A stretch of DNA of 64,000 nucleotides, taken from NCBI GenBank assembly GCA_964016885.1, contig OZ024742.1:143592001-143656000 (forward strand). The letters run 5' to 3'. The DNA is from Eledone cirrhosa. Its lineage: Eukaryota. The notes under the pieces were generated by a model, which was not told the origin of the DNA, made no database searches, and worked only from the letters and a program-made list of their open reading frames with translations. Of this stretch, positions 1 to 13,678 are shown one piece after another. How positions within the stretch are numbered: the stretch's first letter is position 1; each line of letters opens with the position of its first letter. Position numbers and translations under genes: made by a program.

Positions 1-779
1 AAGTGTTGGGTTTTAATTTAGTCAAAGATTAGAGAAAAAAATTCTAGATACGAAACTTCTCATTTAGAAGCACTTTGATAGTGCTGGTGGTGTTAGTGAT
101 GTTAATATTTGTTAATGCATCCTTTCCATTCCACTTGTCACTGAAGAAACCAGCACTAGAATGTGGTGAAGCACTTTTATATTTTTATCTCATAATTTCT
201 TCCCTCGACTGCGTCCTGCAGACAAAATGGCGATGGTATTGCCACGTGGATTAGTCAGCGACACCCATTACAACAACCACTACGCCACAAGGGGCTCCTT
301 CTTTAAGCAGGCTGCTGGTTTTTCCGATTTTGCAAAGGAAAATGGCAGTTCGGAGACCTAGGACACTTAAAGTCTCGACAGGAACCGACGTGTAAAGGAA
401 GCGGTCTACCAAACCTCGTTAGTTGGTAATTTTCCTCTCCTCTGCTCTATGTGACTGAAATACTGTGGTCAATATGATCTGTTAAAACATTCCAGCCAGC
501 ATTGTTGCAGACCAATGATTGAAACCAGTAAAAGAGAAATGGTGATTAATCTAATTGCTGGAAAGTATTTAGTCCGGCATTCTATTATTTCCACTACTCG
601 ACCGGCCAACTGTGCGCTTTAATATAATAAAGCATAGTACTTATAATATAACTTATAGGGTTAACTTGTTTAAAGTATATTAAGCTTGAAAATCACGTAA
701 CTCTACGTGTATATATGTATATGAGTATTATGTGTGTGTACAAGTTCATGTTTTTGTGTGCGTGCGCGCGTGTGATGTG

Positions 780-1140
780 AATTGTCATACGGAATACCAC
801 AGTCAAATATAGATTGGCTGGCTGCGAGTCTACTTCTAAACCTTGCAAGATCAAGAAATATAATTCTAACTAATATCAGTATACACTCTAATAAGCGCAA
901 TTATCTTGCTATACATCAAGAGAACACAATCTTCTGAAGTTTTCAATCGAACAGTTGCTTAACTTAGGGATAAATTGCTGACTTACACGGCATTTGGATA
1001 GTGGAAATGCTTATTCAATTACTATATTGGGTTTCAGGAAACGAAGAGTTTAAATTAGATAACTTTTTGTAACACGTCTGCCTATTTTCTCACAACGAAT
1101 GAATCTGGTTCGCTTCATAGCATTTCTTAATTTAAACCTT
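780..1140 (-). pseudogene. Possible highly decayed Penelope-like RT fragment
   Basis: Minus-strand translation IIFLDL...IPYDNSHH loosely resembles the PLE RT C-terminal FLD...S.HP region; many stops. Confidence 0.25.
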
Positions 1141-1227
1141 ATATGATATATACATAAAATATGTGCGCACACAGTTGTGAGTTTGAGTATGTATGTATGT
1201 ATGTATGTATGTATGTATGTATGTATG

Positions 1228-1782
1228 TGGTCGGGTCGTTGGCGACTAAACTGGCAACCCCACCAAGGTTTCTTGGTGAGGAGGGTGACTTTGGACATCC
1301 TGCAGGACTAAAAACAAAACCTGTCAAAGGGCAAAGGAGCTCTTAAGAGTCAATGGCCATCCAAAATCACCGGGAGAGATGACCCCTTAGCCTTTGTCAA
1401 GGCAGAATTCTAGGAGAAGGAAAACTCTGATATAACACCTGCAACCCTGATGGTATCCAATGATGTTGACTTGTTCTTCTTTTTGGTAAATATCATCTTG
1501 GTTAAGAGAGTGGGACTGGCTTTGTGCAGTGCCTTTGCTCACTATAAAAGCTTCACGGCACAGGCATTGCTTTATATCTGGAGATCTCTCTGCACTTGTC
1601 GTCACATGGTACCATGGGCCCAGCACTATGTGTCAGTAATTGTCACAAGTGTAGTGTTTGTACCAGAGTTTTCAAGTCGCTGGCTGGACTAAAAAGTCAC
1701 ACTCGTTCAGCGCATCGGTAGGGGTTCTCCTACATGGATATAAAGTAGTGGCCGTACTCGAAAACGAGTTGGCAGCCACCAT
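1228..1782 (+). mobile_element. Non-autonomous RTE-related element, copy 1, with (TATG)n tail
   Basis: First ~60 nt match the 5' region of the RTE at 2354-2413; contains GGAGAAGGAAAACTCTGA, resembling RTE 5' UTRs; flanked by (TATG)n on both sides. Confidence 0.6.
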
Positions 1783-1816
1783 GTATGTATGTATGTATGT
1801 ATGTATGTATGTATGT

Positions 1817-2270
1817 AGGGCAAAGGAGCTCTTAAGAGTCAATGGCCGTCCAAAATCACCGGGAGAGATGACCCCTTAGCCTTTGTCAAGGCAGAATTCT
1901 AGGAGAAGGAAAACTCTGATATAACACCTGCAACTCTGATGGTATCCAATGATGTTGACTTGTTCTTCTTTTTGGTAAATATCATCTTGGTTAAGAGAGT
2001 GGGACTGGCTTTGTGCAATGCCTTTGCTCACTATAAAAGCTTCTCGGCACAGGCATTGCTTTATATCTGGAGATCTCTCTGCACTTGTCGTCACATGGTA
2101 CCATGGGCCCAGCACTATGTGTCAATAATTGTCACAAGTGTAGTGTTTGTACCAGAGTTTTCAAGTCGCTGGCTGGACTAAAAAGTCATACTCGTTCAGC
2201 GCATCGGTAGAGGTTCTCCTACATGGATATAAAGTAGTGGCCGTACTCGAAAACGAGTTGGCAGCCACCA
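1817..2270 (+). mobile_element. 5'-truncated tandem copy 2 of the same element (offset 489 bp)
   Basis: Near-identical to 1328-1782; ORFs at 1387 and 1876 translate almost identically; ends ...GGCAGCCACCA then TATG repeats. Confidence 0.75.
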
Positions 2271-2297
2271 TATATGTAATTATGTATGTATGTATGC

Positions 2298-3540
2298 CAG
2301 GTCGCTCTCTATTGCTACTGACAACATGTAACCCAGTACAACCTGTTGCATAATCGGGTCGTCGGCGACAAAACTGGCAACCGCACCAAACTTGCTTGGT
2401 GAGGTGGGTGATTCTGTGGATATACAGGGGGAGGATCAAAAAATCCTTCAAATTGTGAAGGAATTCATAAGAGTCTACGACCATCCAGAAGTTTACCATG
2501 GAGGGAATACTCTGATACTAAACCTGAAGATGAACCAGTTGCTGGTCGTCCCAACCTATGTTAGGCATTGTTTTTTTCCTGTTGGTTTTGTCTGAAAAGT
2601 GGGCGTGGTTACGTCCACTAAAAGTGGGCAGGTTACGTCCACTACAATCAAATTCACGTACTTCTTGGACACTTGAACGAACTACGTTTTATTCAAAAGA
2701 CCTACAGTAATGTGGAGAGTTGAGATGCGTACAGACCTCACAAGATGGAAGTACGTGGTAGGAAACTCACACATAGGCAACTTATGGTATTGGTCACTTT
2801 GTCTTCAAACTTAGATAATGGCATGACTTGGATACACCCAAGTGACTGAGGAGCCCTTTCCAGGGATAGCACTGCTCAACTGCTAACCAAGTGAAACCTA
2901 GAAAGGGTGGTCTAAATAAATGTTACCTATATCTAAGCTGGCCAGCAGCTCGTAGTTGGCGTCTATTCCCTTATGTGGGAAAATACTAGTAATAAAATAA
3001 CAAATAAGATAAATCATGGACATAATACATTTTTTATAACATCTTCGAAAATTTCATCCTGGAACGGCATTGGATTTATCGGGATCAAACCTTCCTAAAT
3101 ATCGAAAGGTAAAGGGTTCAATCAATATCAACTAGATATTGTTGCTTTCTCTGAAACAGACTACCCGAGGATGGCCAGCTAGAGGAACAAGACTCGGGAT
3201 ACATCTTATTCGGCCAGCGTTGTGAAGCCAGAGTCGGTTTTATTCTAAGAACCTTTCTGGTGCAACATATGACGGAGCTTTTGCATTGCATCTCCAATCA
3301 AATGAGGACACTTAGGTTTCCGCTCCACTCTAACAGCTTTATGACATTGGTCAGTGTATATACTCCGACTCATGTAAATTCCCGAGACGAAATTGATAAA
3401 TTTTATGCGGATCTGAGAATAGTCTAGAAAAATGTAAATAGGGATGACAAATTTATAGTGTTGGGTGATTTGAATGCTCGTGCCAGATGTGACTTAACTA
3501 CATGGAGCAGCATTCATCGTAAGAATGAAAGGCAAAGCTA
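2298..3540 (+). mobile_element. Decayed RTE-clade LINE 5' part: UTR plus AP-endonuclease remnant
   Basis: Translation across ~3050-3520 with frameshifts and stops: SWNG, YQLDIVAFSET, VGFIL, MRTLRFPL...TLVSVYTPT...IDKFYADL...DKFIVLGDLNAR, matching the RTE APE domain. Confidence 0.8.
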
Positions 3541-3837
3541 ACCTCAGCGGGATTTTTAACTCACAAGGTGAAAAGCCGTAACTATTTGCCGTAAAGTATG
3601 TTTTCCGATGTTCTGCCGATACTGCCAATCTATCATAATGATAAAACATTGCTTATGATTTGAATCCAGTGCTTCCATTTTCCACCAGACTTATCAAAAT
3701 ATGAATTTTGTGATTATTAAATTATTAAATGATTAATGATTTCTTTATTAGTCACAAAAAAATAATAATTAAATGTATATCTTGATAAGCCTCGTGAAAG
3801 ACGAAAGTGCTAGGTTTAAATTATTCATAATGCTTTT

Positions 3838-4037
3838 ATTGGCAGTATCGGTAGAGCGTCAGATACCATGCTTTGCAACATAGAGTTATGGCCTTTTACG
3901 TTCTGGGTTCAAATTCCGCCAAGGTTAGCTTACGGAGGTCAATAAAATAAAGTACCAGTAATGCACTGGGGGCAATTTAATCACCTTTCTCCCCCCTTCA
4001 AGTTGCTGGCCTTGTGCCTAAAGTAGAAACAATTATT
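3838..4037 (+). mobile_element. tRNA-derived SINE (major family)
   Basis: A-box-like TGGCAGTATCGGTAGAG, B-box GGTTCAAATTC, body AATAAAATAAAGTACCAG, tail GGCCTTGTGCCTAAAGTAGAAACAATTATT. Confidence 0.85.
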
Positions 4038-4140
4038 ACGGTTCTTTTTATCGAAGTGATAAAACTGTTTTAATATTTCTTCAGATGATGATATTTTATT
4101 TATATATTATTCTGTACACTACTGAAGACATTCATAACTA

Positions 4141-4205
<65 letters not shown>

Positions 4206-4295
4206 ATATGTGTGTGTATGTGTGTGATTATATATATATTCCGTACGCTACCGAAGATATGTATGTGTATATAAATACATACATACATACATACA

Positions 4296-4326
<31 letters not shown>

Positions 4327-4538
4327 GTATGTGTTTAAATGTGTGCTGTGAAGTAGGAATTATAATTCCATATCTTCTGTTTTATAATATTTGCTTTGTA
4401 TGGAAGTGACAGTAATCTTCATCTAAGAATGACCTGAAGTGTATATGAAAACTTAAAGTATGGCTTCAAGCCGTAGTTAAGAGACATGTGCCTTCTCACA
4501 TTCATTCAACGCGCGCAAAGATACAAATATACACACAC

Positions 4539-4596
<58 letters not shown>

Positions 4597-4610
4597 ATGT
4601 ATGTATATAA

Positions 4611-4645
<35 letters not shown>

Positions 4646-4646
4646 T

Positions 4647-4712
<66 letters not shown>

Positions 4713-5031
4713 CAGAGCAGTGGCATCTTTTTATTCCCCACCCGCTCTAGGCCTCGAATTATCTATAATGAGGTCTTATAGAGTTTCTTTTAAAATAATC
4801 GACGATATGAAGACATTACAAATGAGAATTGCGACTGTGTCGTTTGGCGTTCGAAGTGTCTGAATGCATGTGACCCGAAACTAGCCGATTCCGGGAAGTA
4901 ACAGACGCTGTAGTAGCTGTATATAAGGCAAAGAGAGGCGACAGCACGTTTGTATGAATATGCTGATGAGCGATGTGATGCTAATCATTTCGGTGGTCAT
5001 TTTTTCGTGCGGCCTTAGATGTATATATATA

Positions 5032-5103
<72 letters not shown>

Positions 5104-5110
<7 letters not shown>

Positions 5111-5294
5111 GTTTGTATATGTATAATAAAGCCAAAACAATGCAGGTATGGACATAGAATAAAGAATGCAAATGCAAAAGATAGTGTTGACAATTAGTCT
5201 TTTACCTTAGATTTATTTAAAATAAATCTAAGGTAAAAGACTAATTGTCAACAAGCATTGTTTTGGCTTTATTATACATATACAAACGTTTATA
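5104..5294. repeat. Interrupted palindrome (fold-back) next to (TA)n
   Basis: Inner arms 5185-5218/5220-5253 and outer arms 5104-5143/5255-5294 are reverse complements; the left side has ~41 extra bp. Confidence 0.85.
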
Positions 5295-5369
5295 CCTCAT
5301 TACATAATGCTTCAAGTGAACTATAACCTCCTCCATATATATATATATATATATATGTAACAGCCATCC

Positions 5370-5694
5370 ATCCCAAATTTGAGAGCAGTATGTCATTGTT
5401 CGTGAAGTCAATATAGATTCAAGGTTAGGTGTCTTGGTGACATGTGGATGACGCTTGGGAATGGAATGTTAGGGATGGATTAACGGTTTTATCGTCTATG
5501 TAGGGGTAGAAGTTGCTGGAGGTAATTGTAAACAGGCTGAAAGTTTATAAGAGGATGAGTATTGGAACAAAAAGGAATCCTGAAGCTTGCCAGTGCTGAT
5601 AAAGTGTGAGTCAGAGAGAACTCCATCAAAGCACACGACGATTCTATATTTGTCTTTAGGAAAGTTGTACGATAGAGAGAGAAAGAGAGAGAGA

Positions 5695-5778
<84 letters not shown>

Positions 5779-6620
5779 ATTTGAAGGTGTTGGAAAAAGT
5801 TGTTATTACGACAGTCTTTATCACATTTGTGATGTTGGATGTGAGTGTGGTACATCGATAGCTGACGGTGTCAGAAGAGTTACCCGTGTTGGGAATCGGG
5901 TACAATGTAGTGTGTTTCCAAAGATCGGAATATATTTCTAGAGAGAGAAGGACACTGAAAAGAGAGAAAGTGAACGATAGAAAGAGAGGAGGATAGAAAC
6001 TGACTTTGGGACAAGTTGTTTGAGGACAATAGACGGGATCGTCTCAGGACGGGTAACCTTGTTGGTTTGTATGTATGCAAGGGGATGGAAATAAATCGTT
6101 TGGGGGAGATTTACCCAGTGTGTATAGTGAGGAGTTAGATATAAATTGAGCAGCAAATATGGAGGTTTTCAGAATAATATAGTTAGGAAGGGGAGAAAAG
6201 AATGATTCTTCAGTTTTCGTAGATATATTTTTGGCAAGAGATCAAATTAATTGACTGCAGTTTGGGATATGGGAGAACTTGTCGGTCGTGCGGTGCATGG
6301 ATGTATCCCTCACATGATGGTCTTGCAGGAATTGTGGTGCTCGGTAAGAGCTATCCAGTTTGTAGTAGTAGATGATTTTCTTAAAGCATTGTAGATCAAG
6401 TTTTTTTTTCGTCATGGCTGCTGATATACAGTTGTGAGGGGACCATTTGGAAGATTTTGAGCCGAACTTTTTGTGATGTGGGATGTTGAAATATTGTTTC
6501 AGTCCCTCATCAAGCTTCTGATAGGTTAATGGTGAAGCAAATGCACTGCCAGGGATTTTTAGTGTAGAACTTGAGATTCTCCAGTCAGTCAGCTCGCTGA
6601 CTTGAAGTGCCATAGGGACT
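5370..6620 (-). pseudogene. Decayed APE-type LINE (CR1/L2/Jockey-like) reverse transcriptase interrupted by (CA)n/(TC)n
   Basis: Minus-strand motifs in the expected order: NKVTRPETIPSIVLKQ (KAxGPDxI-like), LWKHTTLYPIPNTGNSSDTVSYR (WK..V.PI.K...NYRP), RIVVCFDGVLSDSHFISTGKLQDSFL (GVPQGS), YPYIDDKT (YADD). Confidence 0.7.
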
Positions 6621-7153
6621 GCCAGATGGAGCTATTTTATGAAAGGACAACAATAATTATTTCATGTAATAGCGAAAAAAAAAAAAAAACGGTATTTATA
6701 TAGATCTAATAGATATGTTAGAAGAAATTCAAAATTGATTTACAATCATATGCCACTCTGAGTGATATCAACAGATTATGGTTTGGTTTTGAGCCTTCTA
6801 TTTTCTGAGTTGAATTGTCCATATTTCCACTGTATCTGTACCACATTAGTAGTTCTGATATGCAATTCTGTTTGAATACTTCTCCACTTTTTTTTCACAA
6901 CACTAGGCTTTAAATCTTAGATTCTGTTGAAAGGAATAATTGTATACAGGTCTGTGTATTTGAAGAGCCGAGAAAAACGAAGCTCTAAGCCATACTGTTT
7001 CAATTTACAAATAAATATATGGAACATCTGTGTATTGGCAGTTTATGATAAATTTGTTTCCTGGTTGCTTGTGGTTTCTAGGTTTGTTTTACAATTTGTG
7101 GTGGTAGAAAATTTGGAGTTAAATTTGTTATCGTTTTATTATTAAACGAATGT

Positions 7154-7350
7154 AAGGTGGTGTATTAGCAGAATCGGTAGAGCGTCGGAAAACATGCTTC
7201 GCAGCATAAAGTTACGGCCCTTTACGTTCTGAGTTCAAATTCCGCCGAGGTTAGCTTTGCCTTTCATCCTTACGGGGGTCGATAAAATAAAGGACCACTG
7301 GGGTCGATTTAATCGACTCTCCCCTCCCCCTCAAATTGCAGATCTTTTGT
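7154..7350 (+). mobile_element. tRNA-derived SINE (major family)
   Basis: A/B boxes and CTTTGCCTTTCATCCTTACGGGGGTCGATAAAAT core. Confidence 0.85.
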
Positions 7351-9004
7351 CTGTGAATAGCCATTTGTGCATTCAATATCAAATGTTTAGAAGTTAGAGC
7401 AGTGTTTAATTACAAGAAAATGCCAGTTTTTCAAAGTTTCAAATGGGAATAGACGTGGATCATGACGTTTCGGGTGAAGCATTTCTTTGAAGAAGAAAAA
7501 AAGAAAATAAAGAAAAAAAATATAATTACTGCTGATAACCAATAACCAAAACTGGAGACAGAAACCTAAAAGTCTATTTTTCCTGTAAAAGAAATCCCTT
7601 CTCCCTCCACCAATATTTTCGAAAAAGTGAAAGTTTAACAATTAGAAATCTACATGACATTTTTTTTTCTAATTCTTCTAACGAGTACGAATTGTATATT
7701 ATCAAAAACGTATAAATATATTTTCTCACATCTCATTCTTTCTCTATCTCATTTATTTGATTATGTTGAACACAAACTAATATTATCGGGAGCAAAGCAG
7801 GTAGATGACAATTGATAATTAACTGTACATAAAAAAAGAAAGTCTTAGGATAGTCTGTGCTGTCGATGACAATAAGAGTTCCTCTGTTTCATTCTACGCT
7901 TTATCTTCTGAACAATTCATCACAGGAACGAAACGTTATTGTTGGGCAACATTGATATAACAGTCGAATGTGAACATTCACTGTGACCGACTATGTAAGT
8001 ACATACGATATTGGAAAAATAAACAGCAATGGTCTACTCGGAGACGCCACCAGATTATTTAGCGTACTAGATAAATACACAATGTGCGTCTGTTTCTCTT
8101 AGTTATGTACGCATTCTTCCGAGTAAAATAATTTCAACTTACATTTTGGTCAACTGGCGAATCACGCTTTTAACACTTCTTGCCCTGGTCACACTAAAGA
8201 AAATTACTAAACCTGTTTTTCAACAACCCAATCCATACCCCCAGACACACACCAAATTATCAGGTGACCGGTCACAACACCATACTACCTTCTCCACCGT
8301 TTTGAATATTGGCACAACGCTACTATGCTAAACATGCTTAGCTATTTATTTATTGATCGCTGAGAATGATTATATATTTAATTAAATTATATGAATGGTT
8401 TGTATCGAATAATAATAATATTCAATTCGTTTGCCAGCAAAAGGCCTTACTAAGCTATGTTGTGTGTTGATGGCTATCGCCATCCGTTTGTATAAACCTG
8501 TGATATTTTAAGGTTCAGTAATTTACTTCTTAGATGTCTGCCCCGTGAGTGACTCCCTAGTTGTCCTTAATGATAGTGTCAGCCCTGGGTCTACTGTCTT
8601 TCTGAGATGATTTGAACATTATTATTACTAATAACATGTTTCAATAGAGAGATAAGCACAAATGTTCCTGGAAATATCCGCTATCTAAGCATTGGCATAT
8701 ATTGAAGTGCATAACTACTCGCAGTAAATACCCCAAAGACTAAATGCATACAAATATATACACAACCTCACCAAAAATCTTGTTGTTAGTCCTAATACAA
8801 GCAGGTTTACAGTAAATTTATCTTGAGATTCCTACCAAAGATAAATCTGTAACGCTGAAGTTGACTATCAGTGAGCTTAAAAACAACATTTACCAACAAG
8901 TTCCGAGATAGGATATTCAATATGTGTCGGATGTAGGAAAGAACCAGAGAACAAAGATAGAAACTATATGAGCGATTAGAACTCTTCTTAGTATTTCATC
9001 AGCT

Positions 9005-9152
9005 GGGCGGCAGACAGAATCCGTCGCCTGGTGTAACGCCACTACTAGTGTGTCTTTAGCAAAATTGACCAAGATGCAAACATCTGAACAGGTTTCCGGG
9101 TTACCTTTCTCTCTTCCTTTCATCACTTTGTTTGGCCCCTGAGAAAGGTCAC
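9005..9152. repeat. Dispersed ~150-bp repeat, copy 1 (copy 2 at ~11135-11282)
   Basis: Direct-orientation similarity including TGAACAGGTTTCCGGGTTACCTTT.TCTCTTCCTTTC. Confidence 0.75.
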
Positions 9153-10781
9153 AAAGTCTGAATTCAAAGTTTAGTAACAATAGTGTGACAATTATTGAAG
9201 TTAATATTTACTGATAAATGTGACCTTGTTAGAAACAGGAGCTCTACTCATGAAGGTGAGTTATCAGCATGTGCCTTTAGCTAAATCAAGCCAAGTTTTC
9301 CGTACACTCGCACACACCTACCGCACAGGTATGATGTATCGTTAAGGTTCAAGATTGATGTCTATAAAGCTGTTGTTCAGCATCATTGAGGATACAGTTA
9401 CAGAACTTTCACATACATTGGTTACGTACCATATGAACTTTCATCTCATGATAATAGTAATGTTCTTTCTGAGAACAACCTGTTTGGAATTGAGAACCTC
9501 TTAAAGCACAGATGAGATAACTCAGTCATGTATTGCACACGAGGGAGTCGATAATGCACAAGCAAAACTTGTATAGTCTAATACCAAATGATCCACGCTT
9601 GACTAGCAACTCCTAACATCAACTCAAAGTCAGCCAAATGGCGAACCTGAAGCCTATATGGATGAGTATTAACTTCTGATATTCGGTATCATTAAATCAT
9701 AATTTTAGGAGACGTTTAAATTTCATTATATTCGCTGAGATTAATGTAAATAGACCCCAGTGTGTTGATGAAAGGATTAGCGCACCGCTGAAACATGCTA
9801 AAACATCAGTGGAACCAATTCATGCGCATCCATAATACGACGGCTTTTTTTTTAAACACGGGGTTCGGCAAGACATTAAGAATGTATTGCAGCCTTTGTG
9901 GGTGGCAAAGTAGTCGCCATAAGTTCTCACTATACTAAATTACATTATTGCTTACATGCTTCTCACCTACTGACAAAAATGTGTATGTCGGAATCAGTTC
10001 GAAATCTCATACATACATTCATACTTACATACATACATATATACATACATCACATACATACATACATACATACATACATACATACATACATACATAAATA
10101 AATACATACATACATATATATACATATATACATACATATATTCATAGAAAGACACCTACGCAAACAGGGACATTCATACACATACACACATACATATATT
10201 TATGTGTGTGCGCGTGTTTTCAAAATATTCGTTAAACGAACAAATTTGAAAGACATTTAATCATTTTTTTCCATAATTTAACGCAATTTTCGCTAAATAT
10301 TCCCCTATAATATATTATGAAAGCTGAATTAGATTTAAATGGCTAACTTTTTATTTCATACATAATTTACACTCCGAAAACATTAAAGAATAGTCAGAAA
10401 ATCTGCTTTGAAATAAAATTGAAATAGTCATAGTGTGTATTCTGTAGATTTATTTATACAGACGAACTCATTAGAATTGAAATAAAAAATTAATTAAGAA
10501 TTCCTTAGCATATTCAGTAGAGCAATATTTCTTTCAAGTTTTCTTTAGAAAATTAAAAACCATAAAAGTTCTTAAATCAATTAATATAAATTTATGTTAG
10601 TGTTCCATATTTGTCGATAAAACTGGCATAAAGCCAACATAATTTAGAAAGAGTCGAATCGACTAAATAGAGTCGACTTCTGTAGATTAGTGGATTGATG
10701 TAATTGCTAGGGTTTTGGACGAGATGCCTTGTGGTATTTTTTCTGGCTCATTGAATTTTAAGTTCAAACCAGGCTGTAGCC

Positions 10782-10900
10782 CAGGGGTCGGCAACCTTCT
10801 GGGGTGTGTGAGCCACATAGCTATGAAGTGGCTCGTCGGCGGGCCACAGATGTATGCAGTGTCTCGTCGGCGGGCAATGATATCAAAATATAATAAATTT
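10782..10900 (+). mobile_element. hAT/Charlie-like transposon left-end fragment
   Basis: CAGGGGTCGGCAACCT resembles a hAT terminal inverted repeat; no matching right TIR found; right boundary uncertain. Confidence 0.45.
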
Positions 10901-11134
10901 GCTCGACCTCAGACTGCTCTGTCCAGAGGCTACCTTAATCCCGGGATTTAGAAAAGAACAATGAATTTCATGTGATATTATTTTAATGACATTCCTTATT
11001 ATAAATGAAATACAGGCAGAATGGTAAATTGTTTAATGGGATACTTGTTTTTATCTGTCGTTGGATAGTTTCTCTATATCAGGCGAAATATTTGTCGAGG
11101 ACAGGAGAAGAACATCGTTAAGTGTCACCTATTT

Positions 11135-11282
11135 GGGTGGCAGACATAATCCGTCGCTTGGCTTAACGCCACTATTTGGGTGTCCTTAGCAGAATTGACT
11201 AAGATGCAAGCATTTGAACAGGTTTCCGGGTTACCTTTTTCTCTTCCTTTCTCCAGCTTTGTTGGCTCCCGAGAGGGGTCAT
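11135..11282. repeat. Dispersed ~150-bp repeat, copy 2
   Basis: Similar to 9005-9152. Confidence 0.75.
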
Positions 11283-11519
11283 CAGAACTGTTCTTTCCTC
11301 CATGACTGATCCTCAAAACACAAAGCTGCAATCACGATGGCAAATTTTTAGAATTGTTAATGCGTCGAACAAAATGCGGTATAAATTACGGTTCCTTTCG
11401 TCCTGAGCCCAAATCCTGCCGGGGTTAATAAATGCAATACCAGTCTAAGGCGGTGCACAGGGAGAGTCGTCAAATCATGTTGGCATTCCTAGTTAAAATC
11501 CCACCGTATGGTCTTAACG

Positions 11520-11710
11520 TAGTTCTCAGGGAGATCCAGGGTGACAAGGCTGGCTCTTCGAATCACAGGTACAACTCATTTGTGCTAACTGAGTGGATTG
11601 GAGCAACGTGAAATAAAGTGTCTTGCCCAATAACACAACGGGTAGTCGGAAATGGAAATCATGATCTTACAATCGTCAGTCAAACACCCTAACCACTAAA
11701 TCTCGTGTTT
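11520..11710 (-). mobile_element. Second tRNA-derived SINE family (CORE/MIR-like); related copies at ~50415-50535 and ~57735-57910
   Basis: GAGCAACGTGAAATAAAGTGTCTTGC(C/T)CAA block shared among copies; the 50.4-kb copy has the reverse B-box GGGAATCGAAC. Confidence 0.7.
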
Positions 11711-11995
11711 TCTCTCGAGATTTTATACCATAGTTTTATAACCATGGTATGAGCATTGCTTCCATTTCTAGGTGGTTGATCAACTACGTTTTACAACGTA
11801 GTTTCAGTTACAATTAACACGTCTTTTATTAGTGTAAAACGTGTTTGCAAGAATATTATGTCTTAAAGGAAATTAATACCTTAGTGAGATTTCGGGAGCA
11901 GCTGGTGAATATATTTGTTACATCTTTAGAAAGGCAATGACGTGTAATATGAAATGTATGTAATAGAAATGGTGGTGTTATATAAAGGGTTTGTG

Positions 11996-12198
11996 GATTG
12001 GCAGTATCAGTAAGGGCGGTGGATTGGCAGTATCAGTAGAGGATCGGACGCCATGCTTTCCAGAATAGTTACGTCCCTTTACGATCTGAGTTCAAATCCC
12101 GCCGAGGTTGACTTTGCCTTTCATCCTTACGGGGTCGATAAAATAAAGTACCAGTAATGCACTGGGTAATTGCTGGCCTTGTGCCTAAAGTAGAGACA
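11996..12198 (+). mobile_element. Young SINE (major family) with 19-bp target-site duplication
   Basis: GTTATATAAAGGGTTTGTG at 11977-11995 and 12199-12217 flanks the element; short 5' duplication of the head. Confidence 0.92.
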
Positions 12199-12456
12199 GT
12201 TATATAAAGGGTTTGTGAATGTTGCTTTAGATAATGTTATTAGGTGGCTATGATGGTGGTGAATTAGTGGTTATTACTGTTTAACCCTAGTTAAAACGTG
12301 CAGATATTTATTCAGAGGCATTCAAGCCTTAAGCATAAGACCTTAGTTTTGAGAACTACGTTTATGTGTCCTTTTTTTTAATGTTGTAGGGTCTCAATTG
12401 AGGGAAATTTGGCTACTATTTCTTCTGGGTATATATGTGTATGTGTTCTTGTGTGT

Positions 12457-12543
<87 letters not shown>

Positions 12544-12746
12544 CGTGTGTGAGTGTGTGTGTATGTGTGGATGTGTGTATGTCTCTGTGTGAGCATAGCG
12601 TAATATTTATCAAGTATTAAGAGAGCTCTATATCTACATGTTTAATACAAGTTTTACGCACAAATTAAACCTTATATGAATCACTCGGTAGATTGAAGGT
12701 GCTGTACTGATGAATCGAGTTTGGGCACGTAACACCTAACTCTCTC

Positions 12747-12873
<127 letters not shown>

Positions 12874-13076
12874 ATATATATATACATATGTATATATATA
12901 TATAAATGTATATATATATATATATATAGATTTTGAGTTTATGTTGGTTGTATACCAACACCTCAGTATGCAGGCTGGAGCACTCGACGAAGTGCGCAGG
13001 TTGGTTTGGTTACTCCGGAGTAGTGTAAAATAAAGTTAAATAAAAGTCAAATGATTAAAATTTAGCTTCGTTTATT

Positions 13077-13131
13077 ACTGCTATATATATTTCAGTGACA
13101 GCCATCTTTGGCTGTGACCTCTTCAGGCAGT
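13077..13131 (-). ncRNA. Type I hammerhead ribozyme (mirror copy in palindrome)
   Basis: Reverse complement of 13368-13422. Confidence 0.8.
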
Positions 13132-13367
13132 TTGAATTAGTATGGTATAGACAAGTACATATGTTGTTTAGGTGTATGATATTGTCAATACTCTGATATG
13201 CCCAGTTCCTTGTTGGGTTGTTAATTCACTGGGGAACTGGAGTCATATCCATATGACTCCAGTTCCCCAGTGAATTAACAACCCAACAAGGAACTGGGCA
13301 TATCAGAGTATTGACAATATCATACACCTAAACAACATATGTACTTGTCTATACCATACTAATTCAA

Positions 13368-13422
13368 ACTGCCTGAAGAGGTCACAGCCAAAGATGGCTG
13401 TCACTGAAATATATATAGCAGT
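13368..13422 (+). ncRNA. Type I hammerhead ribozyme, intact core
   Basis: Stem I ACTGC/GCAGT; core CTGAAGA; stem II GGT-C-ACAGCCA[AAGA]TGGCTGT-C-ACT; GAAA; palindromic stem III ATATATAT; predicted cleavage AUA after 13417; AATAAA immediately downstream. Confidence 0.85.
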
Positions 13423-13471
13423 AATAAACGAAGCTAAATTTTAATCATTTGACTTTTATTTAACTTTATTT

Positions 13472-13678
<207 letters not shown>

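Noticed and set aside
227-361. Short ATG-initiated ORF MAMVLPRG...
   Set aside because: About 44 codons with no recognisable motif or splice support.
1228-1300. HDV-like ribozyme in the RTE-type leader
   Set aside because: Could not assign P1, P1.1, P2, P3 and J4/2 by eye; only a simple hairpin is supported.
4963-5000. Isolated CTGATGA matches (also ~12706, ~42113, ~44805 minus)
   Set aside because: No correctly placed GAAA, stem III and stem I, so not called as hammerheads.
7926-7994. Possible exon with CAG acceptor and GTAAGT donor
   Set aside because: Stops in all three frames; no supporting neighbouring exons.
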